From positions 1 to 64,000 of IMG/VR virus record IMGVR_UViG_3300025646_008465: a DNA stretch of 64,000 nucleotides; one strand, 5' to 3'. Below the pieces are notes generated by a model. It saw only the letters and a program-made list of their open reading frames with translations, did no database searches and was not told the DNA's origin. Positions 45,648 through 56,500 of the stretch are shown piece after piece; within the stretch, counting starts at the first letter, position 1; each line of letters begins with the position of its first letter. The position numbers and the translations under genes are program-made. This stretch comes from a virus.

Positions 45648-46136
45648 TTAGTAATTCAATACGCAGTAATCCATACCTAACACTACTGTTAAGTTTTGGG
45701 CAGCTGCTTCGTTATCCCAGTTGTATTCACCGAATTCAGCTGATTTAATGAAGGAACCTTTAATAACCCATTCTGATACTTTGTCACCTACAGGACCTAA
45801 TACGTTAATAGTTACATCTTTCTTATAGAAATCTGAATAACCATCACGGCCAGTTACTGATTCGTGGTGTAAACGTACCCATTCCATTACTGCTTGAGCA
45901 CCTGAAGGAGTGATAGGATCGAATAAAGTTAATGTTAAGTCATTCCACTTCAACTTACCTTTAATTTTTCTATAGGTGTTGATATGATTGAGTACAATTT
46001 CTTCCTGCGAGAAGCCGACAGATGAGATTGCTTTGATAGTATACGATGGAATACCGTCTACATACATGATAAATCTATTCTGTACTTTCGGTTCGAAAGC
46101 TGTAAAGAAAATTTCGTTGGGATCTAATACTGCCAT
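45648..46136 (-). CDS. Tail tube protein (T4 gp19-like)
   Basis: FEPK..NRF, KGK.KW, V.EW, YKKD and W...G.F motifs; directly after the sheath gene. Confidence 0.9.
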   Translation of the reverse strand: MAVLDPNEIFFTAFEPKVQNRFIMYVDGIPSYTIKAISSVGFSQEEIVLNHINTYRKIKGKLKWNDLTLTLFDPITPSGAQAVMEWVRLHHESVTGRDGYSDFYKKDVTINVLGPVGDKVSEWVIKGSFIKSAEFGEYNWDNEAAAQNLTVVLGMDYCVLNY

Positions 46137-46186
46137 TTTGCGTTATAATTAATGTGTTTTATTATAAATATTCAATTTTTAAACTT

Positions 46187-47893
46187 TTATGATGGGAAGC
46201 TAACTCCAGTTGGCAACACGTTGAAATCTAACAAAATGTATTCAGCTGTTTTAGTAGGTTGTAAGTAAATTTGACCTACTAACTGATTTCTGTCGATTAC
46301 GTCTGCTGTGTTATTGCTATCATCCATAATTACTTTAAATGCATACAAACCTTGACGTTGTTGTACTGATTGTAAGTAAGGATTAACTTGGCTTAAGAAT
46401 GCATTTCTAGTAGATGCGGTATTTTGTTCAAATACTAAATTATCAGATACTTGAGAAATGTAAGATTTAAGTTCAATTAACAATCTTCTAACATTGATAC
46501 GGTCAAGTGCAGTTGCTTTAGTCTGTAATGTTTTCTGACCAAATACTACTGTTCCAGCTCCAGGGAATGAAGCGATCGGGTTTACTTTTCCTTGATATAA
46601 TGTATCTCTATCAGATTGAGATAATTTTCTTTCAGGACGTACTACTGTAGCTAATCCACCTCTATTCAAACCAGCAGGTGCGAACCAAGCTTCACCTACT
46701 TTATCGTTGTAAGCATATACTCCAGGGATCATTGTTGAGGCAGGAACCCATACTAAGTTGCCTGATTCAGGATCTGTGGTTTGTAACCAAGGAGCGTAAG
46801 TAGCAGCGTAGCTAGAATTATAAGCTCCGGCATTGGAAGTCATTGTGTTTAATGTAGCACCGTAAACTGCAGGATCTACAACAGCAATTGCATCACCTCT
46901 TTCTTGAACCATATTGATCAATGAAGTAACAACTGAAGAAGCTTGACCGATAATCAAACCAGGAGCTGTGATTGAATTAAATTGATATTCATCAGCATTG
47001 CTCAATAAGTTAATTGATTGAGTATAGTCAGCTGCTCTAACACCTTGTAAGTTATTAGCACCTGTAATGTTTTGGTAGTACAAATCACTTCCATGAGTAA
47101 TAGTACCAGTAGCTCCTGCAAATGAGCCACTTGCTACTTTAGGTAATGAACCAGTAAATGCAGCTTTAGCATTTCCGTTATTATCAAAATAGTTAGGAGT
47201 ATTACTTACTTGAGAAACGTATACGTAATTTGATTTAGCAGGATATGAACCAGAAACTTTAACATAAGGAACTGCGTCTGAAGTATCAACTACTGAATAA
47301 GAATCACCAATTACTTTAGAGATATAGTTATCAGCATAAGGGTCAAGTGATAAGTTAGCCCAAGTTTCTAATACAGTTTTTTCGTTTGTAGTGTCATCAC
47401 CTCTTCTAATCAACAAGTTGAATGTGCCTGAAGATGTGTTGTTAGAAACAATTTCCCATCTTAAGTTATCGGATGAACCACTTACTAAAGCTCCGTTAGT
47501 TTCAGAACCAGAACTGTTCATGATAACACCCTGACCAAATGTTTTTAAAGTAAATGAAGTTACGTCAGCGTCGCTACCAGTAATTACAGTTGAAGTTGCT
47601 GATGTGAATGAGCCACTTGCTACTCTTGTTACTAACAATGTAGTACCACCATTTGAGAAATAGTTGTAAGCTGAAATTGAGGTTAAAAATGATTTAACTT
47701 CACTCCCGCTTGTAAAAGTAGTACCGAATTTGTTTACGTATTGACTATAAGAGGTAACCAATGTAGGAATGCCAACTGGTCCTTTTACTGTAGGACCAAG
47801 AATAGCGGCACCAGCTTGAATCGGTTGTGATGTGATAGCCGACATGTCGTTCTCTCTAGCTAATACACCCGGTGATAATAATGTTTCTGCCAT
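46187..47893 (-). CDS. Contractile tail sheath protein
   Basis: SPGV..RE.D, WFAPAG.NRG, LY..KVNPI, GQKTLQ, RINVRRL, VFEQN and NT...ID.N motifs. Confidence 0.96.
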   Translation of the reverse strand: MAETLLSPGVLARENDMSAITSQPIQAGAAILGPTVKGPVGIPTLVTSYSQYVNKFGTTFTSGSEVKSFLTSISAYNYFSNGGTTLLVTRVASGSFTSATSTVITGSDADVTSFTLKTFGQGVIMNSSGSETNGALVSGSSDNLRWEIVSNNTSSGTFNLLIRRGDDTTNEKTVLETWANLSLDPYADNYISKVIGDSYSVVDTSDAVPYVKVSGSYPAKSNYVYVSQVSNTPNYFDNNGNAKAAFTGSLPKVASGSFAGATGTITHGSDLYYQNITGANNLQGVRAADYTQSINLLSNADEYQFNSITAPGLIIGQASSVVTSLINMVQERGDAIAVVDPAVYGATLNTMTSNAGAYNSSYAATYAPWLQTTDPESGNLVWVPASTMIPGVYAYNDKVGEAWFAPAGLNRGGLATVVRPERKLSQSDRDTLYQGKVNPIASFPGAGTVVFGQKTLQTKATALDRINVRRLLIELKSYISQVSDNLVFEQNTASTRNAFLSQVNPYLQSVQQRQGLYAFKVIMDDSNNTADVIDRNQLVGQIYLQPTKTAEYILLDFNVLPTGVSFPS

Positions 47894-48012
47894 TTTGATT
47901 TAGGTTATGTTTTGTTATAAATATTATATTTTTTTTTAAAAGTCAATTTAAGCTAAAATTGTTTTTTTAACTAAATTGTATTTTTCCCTATAAATAAATA
48001 TTATAACTTTTA

Positions 48013-49209
48013 TCAAAAATGTAAAACTTTTTTTACAGAACTAATTACTTTTGCAGGAGTAATAGATTTAGTACATTCAAATTGGCGGGGTGTGTCTTTA
48101 TGATCAGGACACCATTCCCAATCACCAGGATTTAACCATTCACGATTAAAACATCCGCTGCAAAATCCTTTAGGGGCACCAATACGCTCACAGTCTTCAA
48201 ATTCAGTATGTTCTTCACTAAATCCTGAAATTAAAACAACAGGAGTTCCAATAGCCCATGCTAACCAAGATAAACCACTACCAACACCAATAAAAGCTTC
48301 GGCATGTTTAATTTGGTTCATTCTTACTTCAATAGGTTTATCACCGGTTTCATCAATTACATTTTGTAAAGTACCTCCTAATTTAGAATCGTGCCAATCA
48401 TCATTTAAGGGTTCATGTGTAATCATCATTACCTTATAACCCTCTTCATTCAATTCATCAATTACTTTTTGCCAACCACCGGGGTAATTCCAATACTTAG
48501 CGTGAGCTGAAGCATGAGGTGCAATTACAACATATTTTTCTTCAATAGGACGTCCTGTATCTTTAAAATTAACTCTGGGTTTGATTTCTTTATAGTTTAG
48601 TCCTAAAATATCAGTTGCGGTAGCTTGTAAAGGAATTGGTTTAAAATCACGAGGTACTCTATCTTTATTAAAGGTTCTATCATCATTATAAAACCAACCA
48701 ATTCCATACATTGCATATAAATCAAATACTTCTTTTCCGGGTTCTATAAATTCAAGTTCAGGATATAAATCTTGAAACCATTCATTTTTAAAAGTTGATA
48801 CTATAACATGGCAACCCCAAACTTTTTTAAATTCTTCAATATAAGGAAACCAAGCTAAAGTATCTCCAATAGCTGATGAATCTAGATGAATATAAACTCG
48901 TTTACCTTTAGCATCATAATTATGTTCAAATACTAATTCATTAGTTTCTTTATCATAAACTTTAATACCCCAATTTGTAAAATATTTACGATTAGTTCGA
49001 GTCCACATATTGTTTGTAATCACAGTATCATGGATAATTTCATTATTAGAATTATCTGTAATTATAACTCTATAATTTTTTTTCTGACTACCTGAAACTT
49101 CAACAAATGCTCCTTCAATAAAATTAATGTTAAAAGTATTACCTAAAGTTTTAATAGGCAATCTAAGGTTTACTAAGGTGTTGTATTCTTGTATTAATTC
49201 TTTTTTCAT
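48013..49209 (-). CDS. Aah/TibC-type protein O-heptosyltransferase-like enzyme (GT9-related)
   Basis: AIGDT.AWFPY, KYWN...GWQ, AEAFIGVGSGLSWLAWA.GTPVVLISGFS and the iron-finger pattern C..CFN...WCP.H....RQFEC.K.I. Confidence 0.82.
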   Translation of the reverse strand: MKKELIQEYNTLVNLRLPIKTLGNTFNINFIEGAFVEVSGSQKKNYRVIITDNSNNEIIHDTVITNNMWTRTNRKYFTNWGIKVYDKETNELVFEHNYDAKGKRVYIHLDSSAIGDTLAWFPYIEEFKKVWGCHVIVSTFKNEWFQDLYPELEFIEPGKEVFDLYAMYGIGWFYNDDRTFNKDRVPRDFKPIPLQATATDILGLNYKEIKPRVNFKDTGRPIEEKYVVIAPHASAHAKYWNYPGGWQKVIDELNEEGYKVMMITHEPLNDDWHDSKLGGTLQNVIDETGDKPIEVRMNQIKHAEAFIGVGSGLSWLAWAIGTPVVLISGFSEEHTEFEDCERIGAPKGFCSGCFNREWLNPGDWEWCPDHKDTPRQFECTKSITPAKVISSVKKVLHF

Positions 49210-50159
49210 AACACTTGATTATAAATGTTTATTAAATCTTTTGTTCTATTTTCCCAACTAAAATCTTTACCAGTTTGAATTGCTGATTTGGTGTAGTGAT
49301 CCCATTGGTTTAAAATATCATTTAAACCTTCTTCCATACGGAATATATTGCGAGGAGCTCTCCACATTCCAAAAAAATCAGTTTCCATTTCAATCCATCC
49401 TATAATAGGCAAACCACAAGCTGCTGCTTCTAATAATGTAAGGTTAGGATGACCCGCTTCTAATTCTGAAGGATGTAAGAAAATATCATGGTTCCAGTAA
49501 ATTTGTCTTAATTCTAAATTTGAGGGTTCCCAAATAAATTTAAGTTTGGGGTAATTTAAAACCCATAAATTTTCATTTATCCAATTTTCATTGTTTTTAG
49601 GACCTACAATTGTAATAGGCAAATTACGTTTCATAGCTAAACCTACACCATAAGCAAATCCTTTTCTATCATGTCCATTTTTACCACCCATACCATTATT
49701 AGCTAACATAAGTAGTTTTGGTTCAATAGGTCTAGGTTTAGATATAGTTTTAGGATAAAAATCATTAGTATTTACTCCATGTGGAAAATAAACACATTTA
49801 GGGTGTTTAAAATAATCTACTAACCATTTAGCAGGCATAAGTGAAATTAAAGAACCTTCAATAGCTTCTAAATTTTCTTTATAAACATGAGAATCTTCAC
49901 CATAATACATTACATGGTGATCATGTAATTGATAGATATAGGGTATGCCACGATGTTTAAGATCAATTGCTAAATTAGCTACATGACAATGGACAATATC
50001 AAACTCACCAAGGTTTATATACCCCCCAAGACGATGAGTAGATTCATGGCCTAATTTTCTTTGGTTTACTTCAAATTCCCAAATAATTTTTTCAATAGCC
50101 CCCCAGTTTTTAGGAGGAATATCTAAACCACAAGCGGGATCTACATGGCAAATTTTCAT
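49206..50159 (-). CDS. GT4 family glycosyltransferase
   Basis: PP..WGAIE, HGVN, RKG and HPS.LE...LTLLEAAACGLPII. Confidence 0.88.
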   Translation of the reverse strand: MKICHVDPACGLDIPPKNWGAIEKIIWEFEVNQRKLGHESTHRLGGYINLGEFDIVHCHVANLAIDLKHRGIPYIYQLHDHHVMYYGEDSHVYKENLEAIEGSLISLMPAKWLVDYFKHPKCVYFPHGVNTNDFYPKTISKPRPIEPKLLMLANNGMGGKNGHDRKGFAYGVGLAMKRNLPITIVGPKNNENWINENLWVLNYPKLKFIWEPSNLELRQIYWNHDIFLHPSELEAGHPNLTLLEAAACGLPIIGWIEMETDFFGMWRAPRNIFRMEEGLNDILNQWDHYTKSAIQTGKDFSWENRTKDLINIYNQVL

Positions 50160-50758
50160 AGGTTTTTATTTTTAGCGTAAATCATACCTAAGTTATAATC
50201 TTTATGAATATGTTCAAAATTAGTTGCAAAGTTATTTTTACTAAACATTTCTAAGATTTCAAATATTTTATAATAATTTTCATATATGTCATGAACTTCA
50301 ATAGCAAATTGATTTATTCGAGAAATTTCTTGGGGTGTAGCGTTTAATAATAAAGGATATTCCCAATATTCGATATCAATCTTACAAAAATCAACTTTAC
50401 TTAATTTAAACTGATTGAAAATAGTTGTAAAATTATAATGGTTTGGTTCTATTCTATCACTAACAAATCCTTTTATAGTTGTTACTTTAGGATTATTACA
50501 AAAATTTAAATCTAAACAATTATAATAATTTTCAGAACATTCAAAAGAATAAACATGATGTGCTCCTTTATTTAAGGCATATTTTGTAAAACTTCCAACA
50601 TTAGCTCCTAAATCTAAAACAATATCATAAGGACGAATTTGCAACCCATGACGATCGTATTCATGTTCTTCCCAAATTTCTTTTTTTACATTGATAAGCC
50701 AATTTTCATCCACATCTTGTGGAAAATAAAACCCTTCGATTACTTTAAAACTGTTCAT
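50156..50758 (-). CDS. FkbM family SAM-dependent methyltransferase
   Basis: VLDLGANVG, KIDIE..E and IEVH motifs. Confidence 0.85.
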   Translation of the reverse strand: MNSFKVIEGFYFPQDVDENWLINVKKEIWEEHEYDRHGLQIRPYDIVLDLGANVGSFTKYALNKGAHHVYSFECSENYYNCLDLNFCNNPKVTTIKGFVSDRIEPNHYNFTTIFNQFKLSKVDFCKIDIEYWEYPLLLNATPQEISRINQFAIEVHDIYENYYKIFEILEMFSKNNFATNFEHIHKDYNLGMIYAKNKNL

Positions 50759-53472
50759 TCTGCTGCGTAAATTTCAGGGCTATTTTCATCCATTCCTTTA
50801 AATTCTTGTTCAATAATACTAAATCCTGGGAGGTGTTTAGTATAAATTTTTTCGGCTGTGCCTACTTTAAGTTGAGCAACATTACAAACCCACATATCAA
50901 AAGCATCCCAAGGAGTATTTTTAACCATATATTGAAGATAACTAATTTTATCTTTATTAATTAAATATGATTGAGCTGGGATGAATGGTGTTACATTTGT
51001 ATAAATGTCTTCAACTTTAGGTCCATTTAAGTTACGGTTGTTAGATGGATTTCCAAATCCAATAATATCTTGGTCTTGTTCTCTTGCAATTCTAGAAAAA
51101 CGAATTAATGAATTATATAATTCTTGATAATCTGAATCAATAATAACATCACCTTCAAAAATCAAAACATAATCATAATCTTTATTATCTTCAGCTAAAA
51201 TAGCATTAGTATGAGCTAAATAACAACCATAATGACCCGGGGCTAATTTATAATAACCAGGAACATCTTGAACATCATCTGGGCGATTACAAGTATCTGT
51301 TGGTGGGATATCTTTATAAATTTCATTTATACGTTGTTCGTATTTAATACCGGTTTTCTCACAAAAGTCAAATACACTTTCTATTGAACGAATTTCTTTA
51401 GGATTAGAATTAGGTTCAGTAACTAGATGCATCAATTTAATTTTTGGTTTATTATTAAATTGAAGTTTATATTCAAATGTACCATTTTTTTCTAATTCAT
51501 TATTATAGTAGTTATTATCTACAATAACTTCTTTAGATTCAATAAATTCCTTAGTATCTAAATCATATAAATCCCACTTAACAATATAAGTACTTTCAAA
51601 ATCAAATTGAACTAAATCATAGGTATAGAATTTACTTTTAACCTCAAATTTAGCTTCATTAATAATAACACCATTTTTAATTAAAGTATAATTAATAAAA
51701 CGACTATCATTATTGTTTGAAATTTGAACAAATGGGGCAAAATGTCCTGGGATATTAGAGATAGGTAATACTGTAAAATATTCTACTCGCGAATAGTCTT
51801 GGTGAAAGAAGGTTTTAGTACATTCTTCTTGAAATTTATCTCTATCTTCCCAATGAACATTTGTACTATTTTTAAATCCATGATACATTAAGTTTTCTAA
51901 ACCATTAGATTCAGAACCCCACTCATGCATTAAAGCATCATACTGTTCGGCAGTATCAATTTTAGGTTTTTGTAAGAAAAATTCAGGACGAATACCTAAA
52001 AACCAAGTTGTAATTTGATCTCCTTCTGATGCTTGATCTTTACCAAAAAAAGCATCTTTATAGTTTAATACAGAACTAATTTTGTTTACATAAGATACAT
52101 CTTGTAAAATATAATCATAGTTAAGAAAATATACTTTTTTAATTCCTAACCCTTGTGCTAAAGCAGCACCATTATAATAATTTGTATAACAAGTAGGACC
52201 ATGATAAACATCATTATCTTCACCTCTTAAATTGATATGAGCATTACAATCATGTTGATTAGTCCACGAATTAGTATAAAATGTATGCTTTGTTAAAATG
52301 TTATGATTATCATTAATTGAATAATCTACAATATCATCTAATTCTTTAGGAATAGGAATATGCGAGGTTAAAATAACTTTACGACCTGTTGCTTTAATAG
52401 CTTGAATACACTCTTTAGTAGTATTAATAACTGCTTGGGTAACAGGGTATGTAGAAATAATAAATGCTTCTTCTTCAGGATTAACATCTAATGCTTTATA
52501 AACAATCTCATCATTTAAACCTAAAAGTGATTCAATAGTTTTAGCATTTTTTTCTTTATTGTTAAAATCAAGATAATTTACATTATCGAATTGATCCCAA
52601 TAATTCATATACACTGGGAGGTTGTAAATAAGTAGTTCCATGTTCCATGAAATAGATTCACGGATTACCAAAGGCATGGTTTCTTTATCTGTGTTTGTGC
52701 CTCGAGAGGTAAACAAAAATAAATCCATTGCCTTGTAAAAATTATCTACATCTTTACGTTCATTCCACCAAGTTACGTTTGGTGGAACATCTTTCATTAA
52801 AGGTTCCCAATACCATTTGAAGTTATCTGCCTGATTGCCTACACTATGAAATTGAATATCAGGGAGCATTCGAGCATATTCAAAAAATTCTGCTTGATTT
52901 TTACGAGGTGTAAATAAACCAACATGTAAAACATGTTTTTTATTTGGATCTAACCCTAAAGCACGTAATGCTTCTTCACGATTAGGACGTTCTTTATACT
53001 CGATAGGATAATAAACTACTTTTTTAGGGACATCAATATCTTTATATTGTTGTACTTGCCATTCTGAGACAAATAAGAATTTATCAGGGAAGAATGATTT
53101 TTTAGTAGTATCATATGATGAATCGTGGGATGTTTCTACAAGAAAATAAGGTCGATCTTGCCTGTATAGTGTTGACGCAATTTCATGGTCCATAAAATAT
53201 TCAGGAATTTCCTCTAAATGTATAATATCGGGTTTAATGCGATTAACAATGTTAAGAAATTCCGATTTATTTTCACCTAATACAAAAAAACGTTCAGCAG
53301 GAATCATATTCTGTAAACGTTCTCTTTGAACAATTAAAACTCCCCCTGTTAAATTATCCCATTCAACAAGATAGATTTCAAAATCATCTTTAATTAATTC
53401 AATTTTTTTAGTAAGATATTGTGGAAGTCCGCCTGTCGACAAATGGGGTGCAACACACAGTAATTTTTTCAT
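50755..53472 (-). CDS. Multi-domain glycosyltransferase (GT4, GT-A-like middle domain, GT25-like C-terminus)
   Basis: N-terminal HLSTGG.P...RKNQ...DLFLF.S...E..PLV..E; middle YFLNYD; C-terminal GHYGCYLAH...LIFEGD. Confidence 0.8.
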   Translation of the reverse strand: MKKLLCVAPHLSTGGLPQYLTKKIELIKDDFEIYLVEWDNLTGGVLIVQRERLQNMIPAERFFVLGENKSEFLNIVNRIKPDIIHLEEIPEYFMDHEIASTLYRQDRPYFLVETSHDSSYDTTKKSFFPDKFLFVSEWQVQQYKDIDVPKKVVYYPIEYKERPNREEALRALGLDPNKKHVLHVGLFTPRKNQAEFFEYARMLPDIQFHSVGNQADNFKWYWEPLMKDVPPNVTWWNERKDVDNFYKAMDLFLFTSRGTNTDKETMPLVIRESISWNMELLIYNLPVYMNYWDQFDNVNYLDFNNKEKNAKTIESLLGLNDEIVYKALDVNPEEEAFIISTYPVTQAVINTTKECIQAIKATGRKVILTSHIPIPKELDDIVDYSINDNHNILTKHTFYTNSWTNQHDCNAHINLRGEDNDVYHGPTCYTNYYNGAALAQGLGIKKVYFLNYDYILQDVSYVNKISSVLNYKDAFFGKDQASEGDQITTWFLGIRPEFFLQKPKIDTAEQYDALMHEWGSESNGLENLMYHGFKNSTNVHWEDRDKFQEECTKTFFHQDYSRVEYFTVLPISNIPGHFAPFVQISNNNDSRFINYTLIKNGVIINEAKFEVKSKFYTYDLVQFDFESTYIVKWDLYDLDTKEFIESKEVIVDNNYYNNELEKNGTFEYKLQFNNKPKIKLMHLVTEPNSNPKEIRSIESVFDFCEKTGIKYEQRINEIYKDIPPTDTCNRPDDVQDVPGYYKLAPGHYGCYLAHTNAILAEDNKDYDYVLIFEGDVIIDSDYQELYNSLIRFSRIAREQDQDIIGFGNPSNNRNLNGPKVEDIYTNVTPFIPAQSYLINKDKISYLQYMVKNTPWDAFDMWVCNVAQLKVGTAEKIYTKHLPGFSIIEQEFKGMDENSPEIYAAE

Positions 53473-53531
53473 AGACTATTTTTAAAATATAACAATAATA
53501 TAATAACTTATTTATAAATATCCAAGCTTTA

Positions 53532-56500
53532 TTATAAGTTCCAAGCAGGAACCCAATAATCAGTACCTCCGATATTAAACACTAACCAACCATATGCTGT
53601 TAAACCTGTATTATCAGGAACTTGTGCATCTCTAAACCCGTTAATTGAAGGGATATTTGAGGCTGGAGTTGGGGTTGCAGAAGCTCCACCACCACCACTA
53701 GTACCAGATGTACCAGCTTTACCTGAAGTACCTGCAGTACCTGTTTTACCTGAAGTTCCACTTGTGCCTGAAGAACCTATAAATGAAGTACCATTTGTTC
53801 CTGATGCTCCTGAAGTACCTGCTGTACCATTTGAACCAGATGTACTTGAACCACCTGAATTACCACCATTACCATTTGTACCGGAAGATCCAGCAGTTCC
53901 TGAAGTTGCACTTAATCCTGAGATACCGCTAGCTCCTGCGGCTCCAGTTGAGCCTGAAGTACCACTTGTACCTGCTGTACCACTTCCTCCTCCTTTACCT
54001 GAAGTTCCGGTTGAACCACTTGTACCTGAAAGACCTGAAGTGCCGTTTGTTCCTCCTTTACCACTTGTTCCTGAAGAACCTGAAGTAGCAGATTGACCTG
54101 AAAGACCATTAATACCTGAAGTACCTGTTGAGCCCGAAGTACCTGAAGTACCACTAGTTCCTGAGTTTCCTGAAGAACCTGATGTTCCGGATTTTCCTGA
54201 GGTGCCGTTTGCTCCATCTTTACCTGAAGTGCCACTTGAACCTGAAGTACCGCTTAGGCCTGAGGTGCCATTTGCTCCGTCTTTACCTGCAGTACCACTT
54301 GAACCTGAAGTACCGCTTAGGCCTGAGGTGCCGTTTGCTCCGTTTTTACCTGCGGTTCCACTTGAACCTGAAGTACCGCTTAGACCTGAAGTACCATCAG
54401 CTCCTACTTTACCGGAGGTTCCTGATGAACCAGAAGTTGCACTTAAAGCTGCTAAACCAGCAATACCACTTGTACCTGTAGAACCTGAAGTACCTGAGGT
54501 GCCTGAAGTGCCACTGCCTCCTCCTTTACCAGCAGTTCCAGTTGAACCGCTTGTACCTGAAAGACCTGAAGTGCCACTTGCTCCATCTTTACCGCTGGTA
54601 CCTGATGAACCACTAGTTCCTGAAGTGCCTGAAGTACCACTTCCTCCTCCTTTACCTGCGGTTCCACTTGAACCTGAGGTACCTGATAAACCTGAAGTAC
54701 CGTTTGCTCCATCTTTACCCGAAGTACCGCTAGAACCTGAGGTACCTGAAAGACCTGAAGTGCCGTTTGTGCCGGATGTACCTGCAGTTCCTGAAGTTGC
54801 ACTTAATCCTGAGATACCGCTAGCTCCTGCAGCTCCAGTTGAACCTGAAGTACCTGCAGTACCTGAAGTACCTGTTTTACCTGCGGTTCCTGTTGAACCA
54901 CTAGTTCCAGATAAACCTGAAGTACCATTTGTTCCTCCTTTACCTGAGGTGCCTGAAGAACCAGAAGTTGCACTTTGGCCTGATAATCCAGCTATGCCAC
55001 TAGTTCCAGTAGAACCTGCGGTACCTGAGGTTCCACTTGTTCCACTATTTCCTGAAGAACCTGATGTTCCTGATTTTCCTGAGGTACCATTTGTCCCATC
55101 TTTACCTGAAGTACCGCTAGAACCCGAGGTACCTGAAAGACCTGAAGTACCACTAGTTCCGTCTTTACCTGAGGTTCCAGTTGAACCGCTTGTACCTGAT
55201 AAACCTGAAGTACCATTTGTTCCTCCTTTACCTGCAGTTCCTGTTGAACCACTAGTTCCAGATAAACCTGAAGTACCATTAGCTCCATTTGAACCTGAAG
55301 AACCTGTAGTTCCTGATGTAGATGATTGACCTGATAAACCAGCAATACCTGAAGTACCTGTAGATCCAGCTGTGCCCGAAGTACCGCTTGTTCCACTATT
55401 TCCTGATGAACCTGATGTTCCTGATTTTCCTGAGGTACCGCTAGTTCCGTCTTTACCTGAGGTTCCGGCTGAACCTGAAGTGCCTGATAAACCTGAAGTA
55501 CCACTAGTTCCATCTTTACCGCTAGTACCAGTTGAACCACTTGTTCCTGAAAGACCTGAGGTGCCACTAGTTCCAGAATTTCCTGAAGAACCACTTGTAC
55601 CTGAAAGGCCTGAAGTACCGTTTGTTCCTCCTTTACCACTTGTTCCTGAAGAACCTGAAGTAGCTGATTGGCCTGATAGTCCTGCTATACCACTGGTTCC
55701 AGTAGAACCTGCGGTACCTGAAGTTCCTGAAGTACCGGATTGTCCTGTAGAACCTGAAGAGCCTGTAGTTCCTGAAGTGCCTGATTTGCCACTAGTTCCT
55801 CCAGCTCCATTTGAACCTGATGAACCTGTAGTTCCTGATGTAGAAGATTGACCTCCTAAACCTGCAATACCACTTGTACCTGTAGATCCAGCTGTGCCAC
55901 TAGTACCACTAGTTCCAGATTGTCCTGAAGAACCTGATGTACCTGCTTTACCACTAGTTCCATTAGCTCCGTTTGAACCTGAGGAACCAGTACTACCTGA
56001 AGTGCCACTTGTAGCACTTTGACCTGATAGTCCTGCTATACCACTAGTTCCAGTTGAACCTGCAGTGCCTGAAGTACCCGAAGTATTTCCTTGTCCTGAA
56101 GAGCCTACAGAACCTGAAGTACCTGATGTACCTGCTTTACCACTAGTTCCATTAGCTCCATTTGAACCTGAAGAACCTGTAGTTCCTGATGTAGATGATT
56201 GGCCTGATAATCCTGCAATACCACTTGTGCCTGTAGATCCAGCTGTACCTGAAGTACCTGAAGTACCAGATTGTCCTGAAGAACCTGATGTACCTGCTTT
56301 ACCACTAGTTCCATTAGCTCCATTTGAACCTGAGGATCCAGTAGAACCACTAGTTCCTGAAGTTCGTGATTGGCCTGAAAGACCATCGATACCTGAAGTA
56401 CCTGTTGAACCTGCTGTGCCTGAAGTGCCACTTGTTCCACTATTTCCTGAAGAACCTGAAGTACCTGATTTACCGCTTGTACCATTAGCCCCATTTGAAC

